A stretch of DNA of 43,045 nucleotides, from the IMG/VR virus record IMGVR_UViG_3300046739_000127; one strand, written 5' to 3'. Made by a program: the position numbers and the translations under genes. Of this stretch, positions 22,937 through 27,739 are shown one piece after another. Positions within the stretch are counted from its first letter, which is position 1. Each line of letters begins with the position of its first letter. The notes beneath the pieces are model-generated. The model did not search any database. It saw nothing but the letters and a program-made list of their open reading frames with translations, and had not been told where the DNA came from. The stretch comes from a virus.

Positions 22937-23830
22937 TTAGGCCGCCTCGGCGACCTCGGCAGGCTCAAGCTCATCCTCGGCGCTCTGGGTCGCGAGGATG
23001 AAATCGGCCGCTTTCTGGGCTGCGCTGGCGGCCGTAATGAAGGCGCGCGGGTCACCCTTCAGCACCTTAAGCCAATTGGCGATATAGGATGCGTGATCGG
23101 GCCTCGCGGGCGCCGTGAAGCCTTGCGAGCCGCAGATGAAGGCGGCCGTCAATTCGGCAACCAATTCCTCAAAGGCGTAAGCCTGATCGCCGAAGCGGCG
23201 GCCGAATTCGCGCGCCAGCCGCGACTCGTGGCCGGTCCAATGCCCGAGTTCATGGAACAGCGTTCCGTAAAGGCCGTCGGCCGATTTGAACGACCCGCGT
23301 TCCGGCATTTGCACGGAGTCGAAATGCGGGCTGTAGAAGGCGCGGGCGCCGGTGTAGGTGATCTGGGCGCCAGTCGCAGCGGCGAGCGCTTCGGCAGCCT
23401 CCACACGCTCTTGCAAGGGCCTTGCGCGCGGCTCAGGGCAGGCGACGCCTTCACACTGGTCAAGGTTGAAAACCGTGTAGCCCTTGACGAACACCGTTTG
23501 CTCGAATTTCTGCGTAACGGTGTTCAGTTTCTTATCGAATTTCCAGAAAAAGACCGGCGTTCCCTTTTCGCCTTTGCGAACGCTACCGCCCGCCTCTTTC
23601 GCCTGATTAAAGGTCAGCCAGACCGGGCGAGCGTAACCCCGGCTCTTGCCAATCAGGTCAAGCCAAAAGGCGTTCGCGCCGCGATAGGGCCGCCCTCGGA
23701 TATTGTGCGGCATGGTCGCCGAACCGACAGCGCTGGCGCCCTCGCGCCATGGCTGAGTCCAGGGGAGAACGCCGTCCTCCATTTGGGCGATAATCGAGTC
23801 GGTGATCTGCTGGAAAACGTCGTTTTTCAC
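22937..23830 (-). CDS. ardC: ArdC-type antirestriction protein (N-terminal ssDNA-binding domain plus C-terminal HExxH metalloprotease-like domain, ~297 aa)
   Basis: Signatures DVFQQITDSIIAQMEDGVLPWTQPW...YRGANAFWL...WLTFNQAKEAGGSVRKGEKGT...VFNLDQ and LFHELGHWTGH...FEELVAELTAAF. The GTG 23830 start is preferred because ATG 23839 lies inside the GGATGCTCA box. Confidence 0.88.
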   Translation of the reverse strand: MKNDVFQQITDSIIAQMEDGVLPWTQPWREGASAVGSATMPHNIRGRPYRGANAFWLDLIGKSRGYARPVWLTFNQAKEAGGSVRKGEKGTPVFFWKFDKKLNTVTQKFEQTVFVKGYTVFNLDQCEGVACPEPRARPLQERVEAAEALAAATGAQITYTGARAFYSPHFDSVQMPERGSFKSADGLYGTLFHELGHWTGHESRLAREFGRRFGDQAYAFEELVAELTAAFICGSQGFTAPARPDHASYIANWLKVLKGDPRAFITAASAAQKAADFILATQSAEDELEPAEVAEAA

Positions 23831-23860
23831 GGTGAGCATCCTGTCGGGTCGGTGGGTTAC
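23831..23860 (-). repeat. Intergenic cassette copy 5 (diverged)
   Basis: In minus sense: GTAACCCACCGACCCGACAGGATGCTCACC-GTG. Confidence 0.6.
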
Positions 23861-23873
23861 AAATGACTATAGG

Positions 23874-23902
23874 GTTATCGAGCTATCTGAGGCCTGAGTC
23901 AA
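23874..23902 (-). promoter_or_regulatory. Possible promoter TTGACT-N17-GATAAC (weak -10)
   Basis: Shares the block AGGCCTGCGACAATCTGACCGTTGAC with the promoter at 24810-38. The -10 match is poor. Confidence 0.35.
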
Positions 23903-23926
23903 CGGTCAGATTGTCGCAGGCCTCAG
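23887..23926. promoter_or_regulatory. Perfect 10-bp inverted repeat CTGAGGCCTG-N20-CAGGCCTCAG enclosing the TTGAC motif
   Basis: Read directly. Starts 4 nt after the stop at 23930. No U-tract follows, so it is not a classical terminator. Confidence 0.5.
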
Positions 23927-23929
23927 ATT

Positions 23930-24121
23930 TCAGTGGTGGGTGAAGTAGGCGAGGAAAAAGGCGCCGACAGCGGCGCCCGCCGCGAAGACTCCAGCAAAGG
24001 CTGTCGCGGCTGCCGCGACAGTTTGCCAAGGGGCAAGGCGAATCTCTTGTTGGTGACGCATGTTCGCCGATTCCAGTTCTTCGATCCTAGCCCTTAGCAG
24101 GCGGGTTTCAGTGTAGCGCAT
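23930..24121 (-). CDS. 63-aa protein with an N-terminal coiled coil and a C-terminal TM helix
   Basis: ORF track. The C-terminus WQTVAAAATAFAGVFAAGAAVGAFFLAYF is hydrophobic. Confidence 0.6.
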   Translation of the reverse strand: MRYTETRLLRARIEELESANMRHQQEIRLAPWQTVAAAATAFAGVFAAGAAVGAFFLAYFTHH

Positions 24122-24127
24122 GTTGCG

Positions 24128-24259
24128 TTATCGCGTGAGTCGGCGAAGGCGCGCGGCGTACCGCGCCTGAAGGTGGGCGATGCGGCGCCGCTGGCGCGCG
24201 CGGCGCGCACGGCCGGGCGGGTCAATCAGGTCAGCCAGAGCGGCGAGCAGGGCGCGCAT
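24128..24259 (-). CDS. Possible 43-aa Arg-rich micro-ORF
   Basis: Not in the ORF track. ATG 24259 abuts the upstream stop. Translates to MRALLAALADLIDPPGRARRARQRRRIAHLQARYAARLRRLTR. The Arg-rich composition makes it doubtful. Confidence 0.3.
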   Translation of the reverse strand: MRALLAALADLIDPPGRARRARQRRRIAHLQARYAARLRRLTR

Positions 24260-24523
24260 CTAGGCGCCCGGCCGATAGGTCGCGGCCGTGCTGCGCTCGC
24301 CCAGGGGCGCGAGGCCCATGTTTCGCAGAACGGAGTCGCGCAATCGGTCAGTGAAGCCTCGGCAGATTTCGGCGCGAAGCTCGGCGCCGCGCGCAACGGC
24401 CGCTTCAATTTCTTCGGCGCGCTGTAGGTAGATTCCGAGCGCGTGCGGGTTATATCCGCGTTTCGCGGATTGGAGTCGGTCATAGCGGACTAAGGCCTGA
24501 GTCAGGCTGAGCGGGGGCGCCAT
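24260..24523 (-). CDS. 87-aa hypothetical protein
   Basis: ORF track. Starts 3 nt after the upstream stop. Confidence 0.6.
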   Translation of the reverse strand: MAPPLSLTQALVRYDRLQSAKRGYNPHALGIYLQRAEEIEAAVARGAELRAEICRGFTDRLRDSVLRNMGLAPLGERSTAATYRPGA

Positions 24524-24525
24524 GG

Positions 24526-24774
24526 TCAGTCGCCGTAACCGATGCGCGAAGGCATGACGCGTTCGGCGAAGGCTTCAGCCTCGGCGCGCGTCGCGAAGGG
24601 TTGGCGGCAGGCGCCAACTTGCCCGGTGTAGGGATTCCGTACGGTCCAACCGCGCGAGACAATTTCCCAGTTCGGCCGGTCAGCCTCGGCGACCCAGGGG
24701 CAGGCGCCATAGATTGAGGCGGTGCGGCCGGACGCGTGGCGCCACTGGCGCGACTCGATCACTTCAAATTTCAT
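24526..24774 (-). CDS. 82-aa hypothetical protein
   Basis: ORF track. AAGGAAC lies upstream. First gene after the promoter at 24810. Confidence 0.65.
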   Translation of the reverse strand: MKFEVIESRQWRHASGRTASIYGACPWVAEADRPNWEIVSRGWTVRNPYTGQVGACRQPFATRAEAEAFAERVMPSRIGYGD

Positions 24775-24809
24775 CGGTCTGGGTTCCTTAGGTCGATTTC
24801 ACTAAAGGG

Positions 24810-24838
24810 AATATGGGCTATGCCGGGCAGCCGGTCAA
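24810..24838 (-). promoter_or_regulatory. Sigma70-type promoter TTGACC-N17-CATATT
   Basis: In minus sense: TTGACC (24838-33), a 17-nt spacer containing CATAGCCC, then CATATT (24815-10). Confidence 0.55.
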
Positions 24839-24857
24839 TGGTCAGATTGCCGCAGGC

Positions 24858-25109
24858 CTAGGCGACCTCACGGCGTCGCGTAACGATGTAATCCAGCAGA
24901 TCGCCGCCCCGGCAGTCGGCGCCCGTGTGGAAGCCATAGGACCATGAAAAGTAGGGCTCGGAGTCAAACCAGAAATCGGCGCGCTCTAGGCCATGCGCGA
25001 CTAGCCAAGCGTCGGCCGTCGCAAGCTCGGCATCGGTCAGGCCCGATGCGTCGTTATTACAAAGGTAAGACGCCCAGTAAGCGGACGCGGCGATGATTTC
25101 TTGAGTCAT
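24858..25109 (-). CDS. 83-aa acidic hypothetical protein (NNDASGLTDAELATADAWL motif)
   Basis: ORF track. Confidence 0.65.
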   Translation of the reverse strand: MTQEIIAASAYWASYLCNNDASGLTDAELATADAWLVAHGLERADFWFDSEPYFSWSYGFHTGADCRGGDLLDYIVTRRREVA

Positions 25110-25196
25110 GGTCAGGGAACCTTGTTATGGGTTGGAGCGTTGCGAGCGGATGAAGCGAACGGCCGCAGGCGCGACCGCTCGCAGACCGGGGTTAGG

Positions 25197-25580
25197 TTAG
25201 TTACAGCGTCCGGCATAGTGGCGCTGCCACTGCCACAGGTCGCCGATATCGTTGAAAGCCGGGCCGAAAAGCGCGCCCTCAGCGTCGGCAGACTGCCAAC
25301 CGGCCGGAACGCTGACGCAGTTGCGGGCCTCACGCGCCGGAGCTTCCCAGGGGCCGTTATAGGCGCCCATTTGTTCCCAGTAGCCGTCGCGGTGGATTGC
25401 GTAAGTGATGGTGGAAACGCAGGTTTTGCCCTCGGCGGCGTTCATCCCGGCAAGGCGAACCGTGCGGGTGAAAATGACCAGGGTCGAACGTTCGGGGCGG
25501 CCTTCGACTTCATCGAAGCAATAGACCTCATTGGCGAAAATGGCGCGGATTTCAGCCTTGGCGGTTTCGAGCTTAGTCAT
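25197..25580 (-). CDS. 127-aa hypothetical protein; first gene of the leftward block
   Basis: Frame of ORF 25197..25628, second ATG (MTKLETAKAEI), after GGGATGCTCAAG. Confidence 0.65.
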   Translation of the reverse strand: MTKLETAKAEIRAIFANEVYCFDEVEGRPERSTLVIFTRTVRLAGMNAAEGKTCVSTITYAIHRDGYWEQMGAYNGPWEAPAREARNCVSVPAGWQSADAEGALFGPAFNDIGDLWQWQRHYAGRCN

Positions 25581-25582
25581 CT

Positions 25583-25591
25583 TGAGCATCC
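25583..25591 (-). promoter_or_regulatory. Start-associated box GGATGCTCA
   Basis: In minus sense: acaaGGGATGCTCAagATG. Confidence 0.6.
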
Positions 25592-25628
25592 CTTGTGCGG
25601 CGGCGCCGCGTTTCGTTTCGGTCCACAA

Positions 25629-25657
25629 TGTCTAAGGGGATTACGGGCTATGGTCAA
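25629..25657 (-). promoter_or_regulatory. Possible promoter TTGACC-N17-TAGACA
   Basis: In minus sense: TTGACC (25657-52). The spacer contains CATAGCCC. The -10 (TAGACA) is weak. Confidence 0.4.
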
Positions 25658-25807
25658 GCGGCATGGTTGCGGCAGGCTGTCGCAGGGTCGCGGCCTCGCG
25701 TGCGCCTTCGCGCATACGCGCGGCTTAGATCGACGCTTTCACCCCGTGACCCGTCGCGCGCGCCAGCGGCGGCCGACGCTGCCGGGCAGCGCAAGGCGCG
25801 TCGCCAG

Positions 25808-25914
25808 CCTAGCCCACAACCCCTATACTAGCGCGGCTGGCCCATTACCTAGCCCAATACATGCGAATGTAGTAGTTATCGGGCTAGGTTCGCCAACCCT
25901 AGTTAGTGGGCTAG
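25808..25914. promoter_or_regulatory. Nested inverted repeats of the GGGCTAG motif (four arms)
   Basis: Arms: CCTAGCCCA at 25808-16 and 25848-56, GGGCTAGG at 25881-88, TGGGCTAG at 25907-14. The inner pair CCTAGCCCAATA-N16-TTATCGGGCTAGG mirrors the operator at 20117-57. Confidence 0.55.
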
Positions 25915-25945
25915 TGTCTAAGGGGCGCTCACCTTGCGTCTACTA

Positions 25946-25986
25946 GGGCGGGGGTCCCCCCCTCGGCCGGGGGCAGGGGGAGGGGG
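25946..25986 (+). other. G-run tract GGGCGGGGG...GGGGGCAGGGGGAGGGGG (G-quadruplex-capable) with an adjacent GGGGG-T-CCCCCC hairpin
   Basis: Read directly. Five G-runs of 3-5 nt on the plus strand, in the ORF-free control region. Confidence 0.4.
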
Positions 25987-26064
25987 TGTCCTTCCCGCGC
26001 CGGAGTCCCGTTCCGTGCGGCAGCAGCTACAATGCCACTACGCGGGATGCACCCCCGCGATAGC

Positions 26065-26102
26065 GTAGGACCCACGCGATGACCAAGCCGAGAGTAGGAC
26101 CC
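26065..26102 (+). repeat. Two copies of GTAGGACCC flanking the start codon of the 105-aa gene
   Basis: Copies at 26065-73 and 26094-102. A third copy lies at 26666-74. Confidence 0.6.
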
Positions 26103-26396
26103 AAGACCGACCCCAGCCGCAGCGAGCTTTACTACAAGACCGCCGACCGCAGGCGGGCGCTGAAGGCGCTCGACCAACTGCTGAAGTATCACCTTGAGGT
26201 CTGGCGCTGGCGACAGGTCGCCGCCTGGATACCGGCCGACCAGCAGGCGCACCGTCACGCGCAGTCCATGGTGGCGAAGGCGCTGACCCGGATGCAGGGC
26301 TACCAGTCGGTGATCTGGCGCGCACTGGGCTACGACCCGGAGAGCGACGGCCCCGCGCCACAGACCCATTGGGACAAGGGCGCCATGGAAGACTGA
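26079..26396 (+). CDS. 105-aa basic helical protein; first rightward gene of the late-side block
   Basis: ORF track. Confidence 0.6.
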   Translation: MTKPRVGPKTDPSRSELYYKTADRRRALKALDQLLKYHLEVWRWRQVAAWIPADQQAHRHAQSMVAKALTRMQGYQSVIWRALGYDPESDGPAPQTHWDKGAMED

Positions 26397-26463
26397 CATA
26401 ACCGGACTGTGCCTGGCTGTTCCCGACATATCCTGACTGCCGGCGCTCAGACTGTTCCAGACA
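26391..26463 (+). repeat. Iteron-like repeats: GACTG x4 and CTGTTCC(C/A)GACA x2
   Basis: GACTG at 26391, 26405, 26435 and 26450. CTGTTCCCGACA at 26417-28 and CTGTTCCAGACA at 26452-63. Confidence 0.5.
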
Positions 26464-26522
26464 CAACCCGACACCAGCAGATCAGTTCTGCCAATAACCA
26501 CCAGCTTTTTGATCCCCAGCCC

Positions 26523-26547
26523 TTGACTGCAACCCGAAACGGGCTCA
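26523..26547 (+). promoter_or_regulatory. Degenerate late-element copy c: TTGAC-N8-GAAACGGGCTCA
   Basis: Same spacing, with 8/12 identity to GCAACAGGCTTC. Confidence 0.3.
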
Positions 26548-26665
26548 CCGGCTCGCGACCGCCCGGGAGCGATTGACGGCTTCCCGCCGACAAACGCACC
26601 CGAGCAGGACGCGAGTCCGGCTCCCCTCGAATACGGGTGCAAATCCCAGGTCGAACCCCTCGAAA

Positions 26666-26674
26666 GTAGGACCC
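26666..26674 (+). repeat. Third copy of GTAGGACCC
   Basis: Read directly. Lies 14 nt before late-element copy b. Confidence 0.5.
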
Positions 26675-26687
26675 GCCAAGCCTCGAC

Positions 26688-26712
26688 TTGACTGAGGCCC
26701 GCAACAGGCTTC
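26688..26712 (+). promoter_or_regulatory. Late-element copy b: TTGAC-N8-GCAACAGGCTTC
   Basis: Shares the 16-mer GCCCGCAACAGGCTTC with 31438-53. The TTGAC sits in the loop of a GCCTC/GAGGC hairpin. Lies 35 nt before ATG 26747. Confidence 0.5.
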
Positions 26713-26746
26713 GCGTCCCTCGCCATCGCCGCCAGAGGGACGTGTG

Positions 26747-27313
26747 ATGGCGAAAGCGCCGCCTGAAAAGTCTGAGCCGCATCATCGGGACTCCCCGAAA
26801 GCTGAACCGATTGTGGTTGAGGCCCCTCCCCAGGAGACGGCGGCCTTGGCGCAGCCGGGACCGGACGAGCCCCCGCCGACTCCAGCCCAGCGGGAAATAC
26901 CGGTCCCGGCTGTGTTCACCGTCAACGAGCCGCACAAGCTCACCAAGGGTCAGATCGGCGGCCTCTGCGCCGAAGGGCTCGAAGCCTATATGTTCGGCCA
27001 GCGGACCCGCCACGACGCGGTTGGGCGGTTGTGGAACATGCGCCGCGAGGCGGTCAACGACTGCTGGCAGTTGGTCATCACCGTCAGCATCGGCGGCTAC
27101 TGGCTGGCGGAAGGCGCCTTGCCGCTCGACCGGCTGCCGAGCGCCGAAGGCGAGCATCAGCTTATTGCGCTGATCGAAGGCATGGCCGGGACCGTCGAGC
27201 GCGCGCACCGGGACATTTGGGCCGAGCAGCAGAAGCAGCTTTCCGGCCGCTCGACCAGCGCGGCCGAAGACGACGCCGAGGCCAAGAAAGCCGGGCGCCA
27301 TGAACGCGCATGA
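26747..27313 (+). CDS. 188-aa hypothetical protein (Pro-rich N-terminus)
   Basis: ORF track (a GTG at 26744 is also possible). Confidence 0.6.
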   Translation: MAKAPPEKSEPHHRDSPKAEPIVVEAPPQETAALAQPGPDEPPPTPAQREIPVPAVFTVNEPHKLTKGQIGGLCAEGLEAYMFGQRTRHDAVGRLWNMRREAVNDCWQLVITVSIGGYWLAEGALPLDRLPSAEGEHQLIALIEGMAGTVERAHRDIWAEQQKQLSGRSTSAAEDDAEAKKAGRHERA

Positions 27314-27503
27314 CCAGTATCAGAAGGCGGCCGATATCGCCGATCTGCTGCTGAGCCGGGGCTACCCGGTGCGGAACTTCGAAGTGGTCGATGGGATGAT
27401 GACCATTCGGTTCCAAGGGCCGCGCGCGCAGGACGTTCACGCCGACGCGGGGACCGCCTCATTCGAGGGGTTCGCCGAGGCTTACGACAAGGCCCCGCCA
27501 TGA
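27300..27503 (+). CDS. 67-aa hypothetical protein
   Basis: ORF track. Overlapping starts and stops. Confidence 0.6.
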   Translation: MNAHDQYQKAADIADLLLSRGYPVRNFEVVDGMMTIRFQGPRAQDVHADAGTASFEGFAEAYDKAPP

Positions 27504-27739
27504 TCGAGTCGTCGGAAGCCCGCGCCCCGCTGATCGCCGCCGACGACAAGGCCTGGGTGATTTTTGACGAGTTGAAGGCGCGCGGCCTGCCGGTGATCGG
27601 CGCGACGGGGACGGAGGGCGGCCGGAAGATCGCGGTGTCGTTCCAGCTTGCCGATCAGGCGGCGAAATACACCGTCCGTTGCTCGACCGGGGAGGCGACC
27701 GCCGACTGGTTTCAGCGCATGTATGAGGTCGTCGCGTGA
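27500..27739 (+). CDS. 79-aa hypothetical protein
   Basis: ORF track. Possibly a distant paralogue of the previous gene (helix, then RG(Y/L)PV, then a beta segment ending in FQ). Confidence 0.6.
   Translation: MIESSEARAPLIAADDKAWVIFDELKARGLPVIGATGTEGGRKIAVSFQLADQAAKYTVRCSTGEATADWFQRMYEVVA

Noticed and set aside
23093-23866. 257-aa plus-strand ORF
   Set aside because: It is antisense to the ArdC gene, which has unambiguous family motifs.
16865-25591. ATG inside the GGATGCTCA box as the start codon (ORF-track N-termini MLSM, MLTM, MLKM, MLYM, MLTV)
   Set aside because: That ATG directly abuts the only SD-like sequence (AAGGA), leaving no spacer. In two genes the box ATG is out of frame. The next ATG or GTG sits 7-9 nt from AAGGA. 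The in-frame cases are noted but treated as a by-product of the cassette.
26630-26665. tRNA-like fragment (caggtcgaacccc); also gagtcgaaccccc at 2540-2552
   Set aside because: The T-arm-like strings lack complementary stems and no cloverleaf can be drawn. The second one lies inside the integrase coding region.
25101-27301. Long ORFs 25101..25946 (+), 25929..26726 (-) and 26447..27301 (-)
   Set aside because: They span the control regions or run antisense to better genes. They are Arg/Gly/Pro-rich and would bury the promoter and operator repeats. I treat them as GC-driven artefacts.
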